A DNA stretch of 64,000 nt from Octopus vulgaris (GCA_951406725.2 OX597819.1:48484001-48548000), one strand, 5' to 3'; counted from the first letter of the stretch, positions 26,558 through 40,370 are shown. Notes: a model not told the origin generated them from the sequence alone. Translations and numbers: made by a program.

Positions 26558-28476
26558 ATGGATCATAGCCCAACTAATTAGAGAGAGAGTTAGTTTAGAT
26601 GAGATGCAGTTTGGGTTTGTGCCAGGGAAAAGTACCACTGATGCTATATTCCTGGTAAGGCAGCTGCAGGAGAAATACCTAGCCAAAGATAAGCCCCTGT
26701 ACCTGGCTTTTGTTGACATGGAGAAAGCCTTCGACAGGGTCCCCCGATCCCTTATCTGGTGGTCAATGAGGAAACTAGGGATAGATGAATGGTTAGTGAG
26801 AGCTGTGCGGGCCATGTATAGGGACACTGCTAGTAAGGTGAGGGTTGGCAACGAGTACAGTGAAGAATTCCGGGTAGAGGTAGGGGTCCACCAAGGCTCA
26901 GTCCTCAGCCCCCTCCTATTTATCATAGTCCTCCAGGCAATAACGGAGGAATTCAAGACAGGATGCCCTTGGGAGCTCCTCTATGCTGATGACCTTGCTC
27001 TAATTGCTGAGTCGCTATCAGAACTGGAGGAGAAGTTTCAGGTGTGGAAACAAGGATTAGATCGAAGGGCCTCAGAGTCAATCTAGCTAAAACCAAAGTC
27101 GTAATCAGTAGGAAGGTAGACAAATCACAAACGCCTTCAGGTAGATGGCCCTGCTCGATCTGTAGAAAAGGTGTAGGTAGAAACTCTATAAGATGCACCA
27201 AGTGTAAGCTATGGACACATAAGAGGTGCAGCAATGTCAAAGGAAGGCTCACTAGGAAGATGGTTTTTGTATGTGGCAGATGCTCAGGAACAATAAACAC
27301 TGAAAATGCTCTGAGACCAACTTCCGTCACTTTCCAGGGAGAAAAACTAGAAATAGTTGATAGTTTCCGTTACCTAGGTGACCAAGTCAGCAGCGGGGGC
27401 GGGTGTGCTGAAAGTTTAACTGCTAGAGTAAGAATAGCTTGGGCAAAGTTCAGAGAGCTCTTACCTCTGCTGGTGACAAAAGGCCTCTTGCACAGAGTGA
27501 AAGGCAGACTGTATGATGCGTGTGTACGAACAGCCATACTACATGGCAGTGAAACATGGGCCGTGACTGCTGAGGATATGCGTAAGCTCACAAGAAATGA
27601 AGCCAGTATGCTCCGATGGATGTCTAATGTCAGTACTCATACTCGGCAGAGTGTAAGTACCTTGAGAGAAAAGCTGGACCTAAGAAGCATCAGTTGTGGT
27701 GTGCAAGAGAGACGTTTGCGCTGGTATGGTCATGTGGCGAGAATGGATGAAGATAGTTGTGTGAAAAAGTGTCACACCCTAGCGGTTGAGGGAACCTGCG
27801 GAAGAGGTAGACCAAGGAAAACCTGGGACGAGGTGGTGAAGCACGACCTTTGAACTTTAGGTCTCACTGAGGAAATGACTAGAGACCGAGACCTCTGGAA
27901 GTGTGCTGTGCGCGAGAAGACCCGGCAGGACAAGTGAGTCCATAACCCGTGGCCTTCTACATGGGATGGAGCCAGCCTATGTATGCATACCTTCCCTTCT
28001 TGGGACACAAAACTCTACTTGTGAAGACCTGTTGAGGCAAGTGAGGATCAGAATCGAAATCGATCAATGGAAATTGCAGATGTGTTACCAGTGCCGGTGA
28101 CATGTAAGAGAACCATTCATTTGCAACCGTTGCCAGCGCCGCCCCGACTGGCCTCGTGCCGGTGGCACGTAAAAAGCACCATCCGTTCGTGTCCGTTGCC
28201 AGCCTCGCCTGGCCCCCATGCTGGTGGCACATAAAAAGCACCATCCATTCGTGGTCGTTTGCCAGCTCTGTCTGGCACCTGTGCAGGTGGCACGTAAAAA
28301 GCACCCACTACACTCACGGAGTGGTTGGCGTTAGGAAGGGCATCCAGCCGTAGAAACACTGCCAGATTTGACTGGGCCTGATGAAGCCTTCTGGCTTCAC
28401 AGACCCCAGTAGAACCGTCCAACCCATGCTAGCATGGAAAACGGACGCTAAACGATGATGATGATGATGATGATGA
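26558..28476 (+). mobile_element. RTE-clade LINE, 5'-truncated, young; RT + PHD-type finger + C-terminal region + repeat-bearing 3' UTR + (GAT)n tail
   Basis: QFGF...AFVDMEKAFDRV...GVHQGSVLSPLLF...LLYADD (26604-27086); frameshift near 27060; FRYLG...GSETW...RLRWYGHVARM...GRGRPRKTW (27044-27853); premature TGA at 27851, natural stop near 27937; tail gatgatgat at 28454-28476. Confidence 0.97.
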
Positions 28477-28909
28477 TTCTGTTGTTGATTTCGATGTAAG
28501 AAGTTCCAACAGCCATTTAAAAAAACCAAGTTTTTTAGTTCTGATATCTATGTCTCTTATGAGACTTCAATCTAAGCAATGATTTACTGACAAGTCCACA
28601 GACTGGACATAAAGGAGGATTGTTACACAAAGCAGCTGGCATGTTAGATTCAGACTTTGTCTTTGTTCTCAGTTCTTGAAGATGATCCAGACAGCTTAAT
28701 TCATGTTTTTTTTTTTATGGCTTTATAGCAAGTTAACCTCTATTTGTTGCGATTCAGTGCAGATTTTCAAATGTTTCTTTGTATGTAAATGCATATGTTG
28801 TATGTATGAATACACAAGCATGCATATTTCTGCATACATGTGTGTATACATCATCATGTCTTGTAACCTTTGTTGTTGGTATCCTCCTCCTCCTCCTCCT
28901 CCTCTAGAA

Positions 28910-29478
28910 CCATAAGTGTGTTGAATAAAATGCTTAGCAGTATTTCTTCCAGATCTTTACATTCCGAGTTCAAATGTTCAAATTCTACTGAAATTGGCTT
29001 TGCCTTTTATCTTTCCATGTTTGATATAGTGAAGTACCAATCATGTACTGGAGTTGATGTAGTTGACTAACATCACCATTCCCCCTGAAACTGACGTCCT
29101 TTTGCCAAAATTTGAAACATTTGTTAAAGGTGGTGAGCCGACAGAATCATTAACATGCCCTGCTGAGGTCGACTTTGTCTTTCATCCTTTAGGGGTCAAT
29201 AAATTGAGTACCTGCCTACCTGTTGTGTATTGCGATCGATCTAATCAACTGGGCCTCTCTCTTGTGCCTAGAGTAGAAAAGAACCATTAACATGCCAGAT
29301 GAAATACTTGGCAGCATTTCTTTGAGCTTTATGTTCTAAGTTCAAGTTCCACTGAGGCTGACTATACCTTTCATCCTTTTAGGTCAATAAAATAAGTACT
29401 AGTTGAAGAGTATTGGGGCTCAATCCCTCTTCTCCATAATTTTAGGCTTTGCGCCTATAATAGAAAGGATTATTATTA
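28910..29478 (+). mobile_element. Cluster of three CpG-decayed family-A SINE fragments
   Basis: ctttcatcc-type cores at about 29000, 29180 and 29368. Confidence 0.75.
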
Positions 29479-29858
29479 CTCTTTTACTTGTTTCGGTCAT
29501 TTGACTGTGGCCATGCTGGAGCACAGCCTTCACTTGAACAAATTGACCCAGGACTTGTTCTTTGTAAGCCTAGTACTTATTCTATCAGTATCTTTTGCTG
29601 AACCACTAAGTGATGGGGATGTAAACACACCAACATCGGTTGTCAAGTGATGGTGGTGGGGGGATAAACGCAGACACACACACATACACACACACGATGG
29701 GCTTCTCTCAGTTTCAGTCTAACAAATCCACTCACAAGGCTTTGGTCAGCCTGAGGCTATAGTAGAAGACATTTGCTCAAGGTGCCATGCAGTGGGACTG
29801 AACCTGGTAACATGTGGTTGGATAGCAAGTTTCTTACCACACAGCTACTCCTGCACCT

Positions 29859-29893
<35 letters not shown>

Positions 29894-29919
29894 TATTATC
29901 AATGTTGTTGTTGTTGTTA

Positions 29920-29984
<65 letters not shown>

Positions 29985-30000
29985 CATTATTATTATTATT

Positions 30001-30577
30001 GAGAGAGCAGCACGTGCCATCAAAGTGACGCAGGGAAACAAATGCATGCCATTAATGTGATGCAGGGAAACAAATATATGAAACTCAATATACCCACCAG
30101 ACTACCCATCTGATAAGGGTACACCAGGTACATGCATCACAAGCATTTGTGCACAACATGGTGATCTCATATCAAGGTAAACAGTGCATGAACTCACACG
30201 TGGGGTCAGTTAAAATTTAAAATTGATTAGCCCATCCTACTCAAAAGGTCCCTGAGTAAGGTTTGTTTAAGAACCATGAACGAAACACACATGTTTCCAG
30301 GGGCAAATTATTGAAACTCCAAAGAATTCCTCTCAACACATGGCTACGATGCTCCCCCACTACTTTTGCTCGAGATCAGTGATGTCCATATTGTCAGTCA
30401 CTGAGGGATAAGCTCTACTGGTTGTGGTCAAACAACTGACAAGCAAATCTGTGGTATTCAGCAGAATATTTGCCAGTAGCCCATCTTTTATACCAAGACA
30501 AAACAATGTACATGATAACATTTCCAATCAGTTAAGACCAAAAGCCACGAAAGCATCTGCCTGGTACTGCATCAGGG
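30001..30577 (-). mobile_element. About 550-bp TAA-tailed non-coding element, copy 1
   Basis: Homologous to 32157-32704 and 32726-33171; the 3' end abuts a long (ATT)n tract. Confidence 0.85.
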
Positions 30578-30707
30578 CTGCCTTTCATCCTTTTGGGGTC
30601 GATAAATTAAGTACTAATGAAACATGGGTCGATGTAATCAACTATCCTTCTCAGGCCTTGTGCCTTTAGTAGAAAGGATTATCATCATCATCATCATCAT
30701 TATTATC

Positions 30708-32062
30708 ATTGCCTTTGCACAGCTTCTAATGCTGGAGATGTACTACAGTGTCAGCTGTTCACTACCAGCGAACTAAGGTAACACATCTTATTTTTCGAGC
30801 ACCTTCCGGAGTATTCGAGTGGTTCCAAGTAGTGCTGTTTTCTGCAAGTGCGCCACCCTTATTGCAGTCTCTATTTGTTCTACGTACTTCTTGAGATTTT
30901 TGCTCACTGTTCCCAGGGCTCCAACAATTATTGGTACTACTGCTACCTTTTCATCGACCACAACTGCTTAACTTCCCAAGCTAACCTGTCATATCTCTCA
31001 ACTTTACTTTCTTCCTTATCGCACACCATGTTGTCAGCCGGGCATATATTTGATCCAGCATAGTTCATTTTCTTTCTCAATTAAGACTCTGTCTGGTTTC
31101 CTATTCTCTATCTCATGGTCACACTGAATCATAAAATCCCATAGGATCTTTGCATTTCTGTTTTCGACAATGCCTTCAGGTTTGTGGTCATACCAATTTT
31201 TTGCTCTGTCAAGTCCATACTTGTTGCAAAGTGTCCAATGGACAAGCCTGTCTATATTGTTGTGGCATCTTTTATATTCTTTCTGGGCTAGTGGTGTACA
31301 TTGGCTGGTAATATGCCATACGTTTTCACCATTTTGTCCACAGATTCTGCACTTATCACTTTCTGCTGTGTTGTCTATTCTGTATTTTATGTAGTTTGTT
31401 CTTAGTGCTTGCTCTTGGACAGCATAGATTAGAGCCTCTGTTTCCATTTTTAAATCACTTTTAGTCATCCACAGCCATCTTTTTTCTCTGTCTGTCTTAT
31501 CTTCAACATCTCTATGAAATTGACCTTTCATTCTTTTCTTTACCCATCTATTTTCAGTTTCATTCGTTTTCTGTTTCTTGTATAGTGCTTTATCTTTGCA
31601 ATCTTTTATCCTACACAAGCCTGACCTTCTTATTTTTAATAATAGTAGTTCTGTGGCATTTTTTTACACACCATGCTATGTTGTTTTCTTCTGTTCTAAT
31701 GCTGTGTACGCATCCAATAAGTCCTCTTCTCCATCTTTTTCTTGGTACACAGTCTGTCTGTGTTACTTTTTGGATGGAGTGACCCATATCTAGTTAGCAA
31801 CTTCCTTGTCTTTCTGTCTAAGCTGTTTAATTCGTCTACTGCGCATGTGATTACCCCTGCTCCATATCTAAGGAATGAAACCAGCCAGGTGTTGATAGCT
31901 TCAATCTTATTCCATCCATTTAATTTCAACTTAAGGATCAGTCTCAGTCTACACAAGTACTCCACCTTAAATTCACTTCTTTCTCCATCAATTTATCCAT
32001 TTCCAAAATTCCCAAGTACTTATAGCCTGTCTCTTCTATCTGCTTCATAACCTCCCCTGACA
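30708..32062 (-). mobile_element. R4/Dong-clade non-LTR retrotransposon (restriction-like endonuclease), 5'-truncated and decayed
   Basis: LNGWNKIEAINTW...LRYGAG...LDRKTRKLLT; ETEALIYAVQEQALRT; zinc knuckle C-X2-C-X8-H-X4-C (CRICGQNGENVWHITSQC); KILWDF...RKPD; C-terminus QKTALLGTTRILRKVLEK* (stop 30788-30790); bounded by TAA/TGA-type trinucleotide repeats. Confidence 0.9.
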
Positions 32063-32110
<48 letters not shown>

Positions 32111-32156
32111 ATTATTATCATTATTATTGCTGTTGTTGTTGTTGTTATTACTATTG

Positions 32157-32704
32157 AGTGAGAGAGCAGGGCATGCCATCAAAGTGACACTGGGGTAAAA
32201 TAGACGAAGCCCAGTATACCCATCATGACTACCCGTCTGATAAGGGTACACCAGGTACATGCATCTCAACCATATGTGCGTGACATGGTGATCTCATATC
32301 AAGATAAACAGCACATGACCTTGCAGGTGGGGCCCAGTTAGAATTTTCTTCTGGCCGAGTAACCCATCACACTCAAATGGCCCTGAATAAGGGTTGTTTA
32401 AGGTTGTTGAATGAACCACCCATATTTCCAGAGGTGAATTATTCAAACCTCAAAGAATCCCTCTCAACACATGCTAATGATGCTCCCCCACTATTTCTGC
32501 TCATGATCAGAGATGCACATATCATCAGCCACTAAAGGATATGCTCAACTGGTTATGGTCAAACAACTGACAAGCAAATCTGTGGTATTGAGCAGAATAT
32601 TTGCTGTAGCCCATCTTTTATACCAAGACAAAACAATGTACATGATAACACTTCCAATCAGTTAAGATCAGAAGCCATGAGAGCCACTGCCTGGTACTGC
32701 CTCA
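32157..32704 (-). mobile_element. About 550-bp TAA-tailed non-coding element, copy 2
   Basis: gagtgagagagcag...gccactgcctggtactgc; ATT-type repeats on both sides. Confidence 0.9.
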
Positions 32705-32725
32705 GTTATTATTATTATTATTATT

Positions 32726-33171
32726 GAGTGAGAGAGCAGTTCATGCCATCAAAGTGACACTGGGGTAAAATATACGAAGCCCAATATACCCATCATGACT
32801 ACCTGTCTGATAAGGGTACACCAGGCACATGCATCACAACCATATGTGCGCGACATGGTGATCTCATATCAAGATAAACAGCACATGACCTTGCAGGTGG
32901 GGCCCAGTTAGAATTTTCTTCAAGTTGAGTAGTCCATCCCGCTCAAAAGGTCCCTGAAGAAGGGTTGTTTAAGGATGTTGAAAGAACCACCCATGTTTCC
33001 AGAGGTGAATTATTCAAACCCCAAAGAATCCCTCTCAACACATGGCTATGATGCTCCCCCACTACTTCTGCTCGTGATCAGAGATGCATATATCGTCAGC
33101 CACTAAGGGACATGCTCAACTGGTTAAGGTCAAATAACTGACAAGCAAATCTGTGGTATTGAGCAGAATAT
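32726..33171 (-). mobile_element. TAA-tailed element, copy 3 (5'-truncated)
   Basis: Very similar to copy 2 up to gagcagaatat; (ATT)n on both sides. Confidence 0.9.
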
Positions 33172-35714
33172 TTTATTATTATTATTATTAGTTGTAGTAG
33201 TAATAGCAGTTGTACTAGTAACAGATAACAATAACATAAGCAGTAGCAGTAGCAGTAATAGCAAGCAGTAGTTATGTTAGTAATAGTAGTACTAGCAGTA
33301 CAATAAATACCAATGACTAATATATCATCCAAAGCCAAGACTAAGTACATAGTAAACATCCTAAAGGTTTAACATTTCTTCAAGGCTGCTGTTAAGCAAA
33401 TGGCAGTGTGAAGGACCATAGCAATTTAGTCCAAATTGATGTAATTCTTCAAGATTGATGACAAACTAATGGTAAACACACACACATACACACACACACA
33501 CACACAAGTAAATAGACAGGCTATACTCTCTCCATGACAAATGGTAAATGGATACAAAAGATAGGTGTTTCTCTCAAGACCATTAAAAAGAAATAATCAA
33601 CAAGTGTGTAATAGACAAAATTCTTCACAATGTGGATAGCAAAATGTAATGGAACAAGTTAAAATTATTTGATGAAGCTTTTACTTGGAACATGTTAGAA
33701 TCGATAAGTAATTCATTAAAGAATACCTTCCACAGTATTCAAATATTTGGTTATTTCAGACTGTTTTGCATTTCAAAATGACGTTATATTTCTTCCTTTT
33801 TTTTTTCTGTTACTTTTTCTCTTTTCATTTTCTGTTTTCTTTCTTTATGCTGCTGTGTTGTTTTTGTGCAAACATCCATGACAAATTAAAATTCAATCTT
33901 TTTTTCTTTTTCTTTAACAAAAAATTTTATTTCTTATTGTCAAAGTAAAACAGAATAAAACAACACCAATATCAAGACTAACACCAGCACCATAAAAGAA
34001 AAAAAATTGTATAAACCAAGAAAAATTATTTGGGTCCATGGAGACAGTTTGTAGATGATGTATTTTGTATGTATATCTGAATCATAGTAAATAGATGGAG
34101 TTAACAATTCAACATTTATTACAAAGCAATAGGTTTTAACTAACACATGCATGAATACACATATATACACACAGGCATAGACACGTGTACACATATGCAG
34201 AAACATGTGCACAAATACATGCATGTGTGCATACACATATGTGCATGTACATACGTAAAGGCATCAGAACATTTCAACAGAAGACATATTCACATTTGAA
34301 TTAAAAAGAAATTTACAGTTTGTTGTGTACATTAGAAGAGAGGGGGGGTATTATAAAGCTTGTGAATTTGAGTGGTAATGATGATGGTGATAATGATGAT
34401 GGTAATAATGATGATAATGTTATTATGGTGTTGATGGAAGTGGTGGAAGTGCAGGTGGAAAATAGATAGATAGATAGAGAGAGAGAGTAAAGAAGCGAGA
34501 AACAGAGAGAGAGAGTGAGTGAAAGAGTGAGTAAGGGATATGTATATAGAAGAGAAAAAAACAACTAATAATTATAAAGAAAAGAGCAACAGGAGAGAGA
34601 GTGAAGAACAGAGAGAGAGAGAGAAAGAGATAAGGAGAAAGCAGAAGCAAATGAAGGAATCAGCCTTTGGGCTAGAAAGAGAAATGAAGAGAAGAATTCA
34701 TGATGAATGTAATAGGAATAGAGTAGACAAATGGATAGGACGGTGTCTGGTTTCTTCTACATACAGCTAAGGCAGAATGGATGACCTAGTGTTTGGATGA
34801 TTCACAGGTGGATTAATGAATAAAAGATGAATAAATGGATAGATAGAGAAATAGATATGAATGGATGGAAAATTTGGATTGGTGGATTGGCGGAATGAAC
34901 AGATAGATAAATGGATGGATAGAAGAATAGAAGGTAAGTTGGAAGGAGAAAATCAAGGAAAATATAATAAAGAGAAAAAGATATGATAAATTAGAGATAG
35001 CTGTTGGTTGGGTGCTTCAGTGAATAACAGCAAAAGGATTTGGGATTGAAAGAGATAGAGTCAGCAGATAAGTAACTGAATGGATATAAAGTAAATAGAT
35101 TGATAGATAGAAACTAAGATAGTTTGACTAGATTGCTGGGTTTATTGGATTGGATGGGAGAATGCTTGACTAGAGAGTTATATATATAAATGAAGTTGTT
35201 GTTGTCATAGATCAATTAAGCAGACGTAAAATGCAGGAGGAAATAACCAATTAAACATTGGAGTGGGATGAAACAAAAATTGAAGGGAGAAGATATTAAT
35301 TTTAAAGCATGATTTCTGGCCACTTGGTCTATTGTGTTTTATGAACTTCTTGTATCAAACCTGGTAACTATTTCAAACTTGTAACACAGAATCATTACGT
35401 AGGTAAAAGGTTACTCAGTTACTTGTTGTTGCTGTTGTTGTTTAACCCATATCCACTCTGACTGAGCAAACCTATGATCAAAAGCATTCCAGCTATGACC
35501 ATCATTCTTTTACATATGCTTTTTGATGTTTACATGGATTGGATGGATTTCTGAGACAGAGCAATGTGTGGTTGAATGCACTTCCTATCGCTGGCCTCTT
35601 AAGTTGCATCTTATGATATACAGGTATATGGTGTAGCTTTTGTAAATCTAGAGTGCACATAGTGTGCGTTCCAACCGTGACAATCCTATCTGTTTTGAAA
35701 TCTAGGATTACTAA

Positions 35715-35745
<31 letters not shown>

Positions 35746-36345
35746 GTTTAACATCCGCTTTCCATGCTTTCCATGGACGATTTGACTGACGTCTGGCGAA
35801 ACCAGATGGCTGCACCAGGCTCCAATCTGATCTGGCAGAGTTTCTACAGCTGGATGCCCTTCCTAATGGCAACCACTCCGAGAGTGTAGTGGGTGCTTTT
35901 GCGTGCCACCGGCACAAGGGCCAGTCAGGCGGTACTGGCAACAGCCATGCTCAAATGGTGCTCTTTATGTGCCACCTGCACAGGAGCCATCCAGTAGCAC
36001 TGGCAACGACCTCGCTCGAATGTTTTTTCACATGCCACCAGCACAAGTGCCAGTAAGGCGACACAGGTAACGATCACACTCGAATGGTGCTTTTTACATG
36101 CCACCGGCACGAAAGCCAATTTGTTGCTCTGGCAACGATCACACTTGGATGGTACTCTTAGCGCTCAACTAGCACGGTTACCAGTCATTGAATTTGATTT
36201 CAATTTTGATTTCCATTTCACTTGCCTCAACAGGTCTTCACAAGCAGAGTTTAGTGTCCAATGAAGGAAAGGTACACATAAGTGGGCTGGTTACACCCCT
36301 GGCATAGGCCACGAGGTTATGGTCTCACTTGGCTTGCCAAGTCTT
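35715..36345 (-). mobile_element. RTE 3' UTR-only copy
   Basis: (CAT)n-cgtttaacatccgctttccatgc...ggatgcccttcctaa...gcctcaacaggtcttcacaag; reverse complement of the 27930-28476 type. Confidence 0.9.
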
Positions 36346-37076
36346 TATGTTCATTTTTATTTTAAAACTAATTTGTGACTTAAAGAAATTTGGCTGTTAT
36401 TTCATGTAGGTCAGGTAACTTTGGTGCTTCTGAAAGTGGGCAGTATTGGTTCTTGGAGTGTGGTGGAAAATTTTATATGAGTACTGGGAGACAAAGAAGA
36501 TGATAGAGGTGATTGATGCATCTGTGCAGCTTTTTTAGTCATTGTCTCTTATTTAATATTGGTTTCAAAGTTTGGCACAAGGCCTGTAATTTCAGGGGAG
36601 AGGTTAAGTAGATTACTTTGGAACCCAGTGCTCAACTGGTACTTATTTTATCAACCCTGATAGGATGAAAAGCAAAGTCAACCTTGGCAGAACTTCAACT
36701 CAGAATGTATATATAGATGGATGAAATGCTGCTTAGCATTTTGCTTGGTGTACTAACAATTCCACCAGCTCACTGTCCTGTATTTGCTAACTTCAAAAAC
36801 ATTTTAGATGTAATATCATAATAAACTACTTATTTGCTACAATTACAACATTAATGATAATTTTGACGACACCAACAATAATAGCAGATTTTGAAACATG
36901 AATATGTAAATAAACAAAACTGAATAAATACCACATAGACAAATACGGGTATATCAAATACTATACAACAAGTTTATGGTATTAGCTCCTTTTTGTTTAA
37001 ATTAGGCTATGAATATGTTCTACTTTTTTTTAGTATAAGTCCAAGTTCCTTAGCCACTGGAAGTAAGGTTGGATAA

Positions 37077-37125
37077 TTGTTGTTCTGATGAAGGCTATCA
37101 AGCCAGAAACATGTGTCCGTGACAG
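37077..37125 (+). ncRNA. Minimal type I hammerhead motif; conserved core bases intact, weak stem I
   Basis: CTGATGA(37085-37091)-a-ggct-atca-agcc-a-GAAA-C-atgt-GTC(37115-37117); stem I ttgttgt/gtgacag relies on G-U pairs. Confidence 0.6.
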
Positions 37126-38999
37126 TCCTCTTATCTCAAGATAATAAGCATGTCCTTTCCTTCAACTTTGCAAAATTCTTGACTCTTGAGATTATCTCCC
37201 CTTCTCACATGGAGCTGGTCTCAATGGCCATTTGGTAAATATGACACATCCTCTAGGGGTGCAAATAATTCTAATTAATGAAGAATTTATGTTGTATTGT
37301 ATTTGATATATACCTGTATATGTCTATATTGTTCAAATACATGTCATTGGCCACTCTGAGTTATTTCTCTTAGCTCAGTTTTGTTTGAATATATTTTTTA
37401 AAACTTGTTTCAATTATTAGATTGTGGCCATGCTGGGGCACCGCCTCGAAGAGCTTTTAGTTGAATGAACTGAACCCAGTACTTATTTTTATGTTTTAGC
37501 CTGGTACTCATTCTATCAGATACTTTTGCTAAATTGCTAAGTTACGGGGATGTGAACAAACCAACACAGGTTGTGAAGCTGTAGTTATGGACAAACACAC
37601 ACACACACACACACAATGAGCTTTTTTCAGTTTTTGTCTACCAAATCTACCTACAAGGTTTTGGTTGGCCTGAGGCTATAGTAGATGACATTTGCCCAAG
37701 GTGCTACTCAGTGAGACCAAACCTAGAACCATGTAGTTGGGAAGCAAGCTTCTTTTATTCATTTCATTGGCCACAAGGGCCTTACAAAGAAAGGAAGCTA
37801 TGGGCTGGACATGGATATAATGAAATGGAATGATTAACGATATGATAATAATGAGGTCAACAGCAACGCCCACCAATTGCTGTTTACCCAAGCACATTGT
37901 TCTTTTATAAAACATTTTGAGGCAACAAACCTCTTACATAATAACACATTAAAGTGGCAATAGACCTCTTACATTAACGAAATACAAAGCCATTTTGAGG
38001 CAATAAACCTCTTACACAAAGTCCATTTAGAAATCAATAAAACAATCTTCTTGCCCAACCAGACTTCTCCTGAACAGGTTGTTCTCCCTTATGACCCTCG
38101 CAGCCACCTGTGAAGGCCAGTCAGGGTTCTCTGTGCAGGACAGAATCCCCTCCCTTTGGCTCTTCGTTTTGAGCTTCTTAACAAAGTGCTTCACTGTCCC
38201 TCCCTTATGGAAGAGGACCACAAATTCCTCCTCCGTATCACTGGTGGTAAGGCTTCTTACCATGCACCCTTACCTGCACCTATGGCCTCACCTATGCTAA
38301 CAATAGTTATAGTATTTACATATAAGAGGGTGTGTTATGGCAAGTAGTCACCTATGTCAAACTAACATTTAGAATGAAAATACTTTGACCTGATATAAGA
38401 TGTATGTACATTAAAAATGGAGTGAATTGCAGCAACAGGTGCAATGAAAAATTGTGAGTAAATGAAAAGGGACAATAATTAAAACACACACTATTGAGTT
38501 AGACTGAAGTTATATCAGCTTTATTAAGATTGATAGTCATCCATAAAAAACTTTAAATACATACAAATTCACTGCAGTATACCAAATAGGTAGAAAATTA
38601 TAGAAATGTATGAAGGGCATTAATAAATTATTGACAACATAAGATCTGGTAGTGTTGATTTTGTTGTTCTCCAGGTCAGCTCTGATAGAGCAGATAAATA
38701 GCTAAATAGCCATCAAATAACATGGTATAGTTGTTGTGGTGGACACCCCCAAGTGAGAAGTGAGCTATTCTACTACTGATAAAAAGTGGACAGACACAGT
38801 AAACAGTCTCAGTTGGTGAGATATGCCATATGGGCCAGTCACACAGATGACAAAATGCATCCTGATAATGCAAGACATATCAGGGGTGATGAGGATGCAA
38901 TGAAAAATAAATCCTGTTGAAGAAGGAAGTGAACTACAAACAGTGAAAAATATATAAATTCTGATAAAACTGGAACTCTAACACAGAACTGAACTAAAC

Positions 39000-39965
39000 A
39001 TGACATCAAGCTGTACCTCGAAATAAAGAGGTCAAATCCTGTACACTATAGATCTCTATTGCAAGCAGACCTGGACACAATGCAGCAGTGGATCATGGAC
39101 TGGCAACTCAAGCTGGCTGTGGACAAATGTACCACCATGCATTTTGGGAGGAGAAACCCAGCGTCCACCTACTCCCTCCACAACACTAGTCTCAAAAAGT
39201 CTTCATGTGAACGTGACCTGGGTGTTATTGTCGACAGTGATTTGCGTTGGACAAAACACATTGCTAAAATTGTCAAGAAGGCTGAGGGTGTCTTGGCATC
39301 ACTCACCAAATCCTTTGTGAGCCGCTCTCTGGCTATCTATCTGCGGCTTTATATAGCTATGGTAAGACCTCACCTGGAATTTGCATCACCGGTCTGGAAC
39401 CCCTATCTTGCCCAGGATATCAATCATCTGGAAGCTGTTCAGTGACGTGCAACCAAAAAAATACCCTCCATCAGGCATTTGCCATATTCTGAACGCCTTA
39501 CTTCCCTGGGCATGGACACATTGAAACTCCGACGTCTGGCAGCTGACTTGGCAGACACCCATAAAATTATCAACCATCATACGAACAATAACTCTGAGCA
39601 CCTTTTCAAACTCCACCCATCTAACACCCATGGACATATTTACAAAGTAAGAAAACAGCACAGCTCCCATGACTTCAGGAAACATTTTTTCATGCTGAGA
39701 GTTGCTGAAGCATGGAACAAACTGCCGGCATCAGTTGTTAGTTGTCGGAGCACTGCATCCTTCAAAACTTCCATGCTTCCTGAGATTCGCCAACACTACA
39801 CTTGATTTTCTCCCCTCCATACACACACAAGCATGTATCTGACTCATACATTGTTCGCTTTCCAGACATTTCTACATTACTGCATGTACTTTATATGCAC
39901 TTTCTGACAAGTTGTGGTGCACCTGAGCACTGTATACAATAATTTCATTATTATGATTATTATAA
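39000..39965 (+). mobile_element. CR1-clade LINE 3' fragment
   Basis: DIKLY...LQADLD...KCTTMHFG...ERDLGVIVDSDL...VRPHLEFASPVWNP...LEAVQ*RATK...RKHFFMLRVAEAWNKLP; internal stop at 39443; short 3' UTR ending attattatgattat. Confidence 0.92.
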
Positions 39966-39994
39966 TGAAAAATAATATAAATCTGTTTGTAGGA

Positions 39995-40370
39995 TTTTAG
40001 TCAGGTCACTCTGTGTAAGTAGTGCTACTAGTAAACACTTTAGACTGGTACTACTCGCAGCATTCTGAAAAGAAAAATAATTCTGTGTGGAAGAAAAAAT
40101 AATAATAAGTCGGTGTGAAGGAGTTTAGTCAGGTCATTATGTGCTAGTTGCGCTACCGGTAAACAATATAGACTGGTACTACCTGTAGCATTCTGAAGAA
40201 AAAAATAATTCTGTGTGGAAGAAAAAATAATAATAACAATAAGTCCGTGTGAAGGGTTTTAGTCAGGTCGCTATGTGTTAGTAGTGCTACTGGTAAATGA
40301 TGTAGACTGGTACTACCTGCAGCATTCTGAAGAGAAAGAAAGTAATAATGTTGTGGAAAAGAAAAAAAAT
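39995..40370. repeat. Tandem repeat, about 130-bp unit x3
   Basis: tttagtcaggtc...gctac...agactggtactac...gcattctgaa...gtgtggaa starting at about 39997, 40124 and 40258. Confidence 0.9.

Noticed and set aside
26450-28529. Antisense ORFs over the RTE copies (also 51674-52824)
   Set aside because: Shadow frames of the RT and of the GC-rich 3' UTR repeats.
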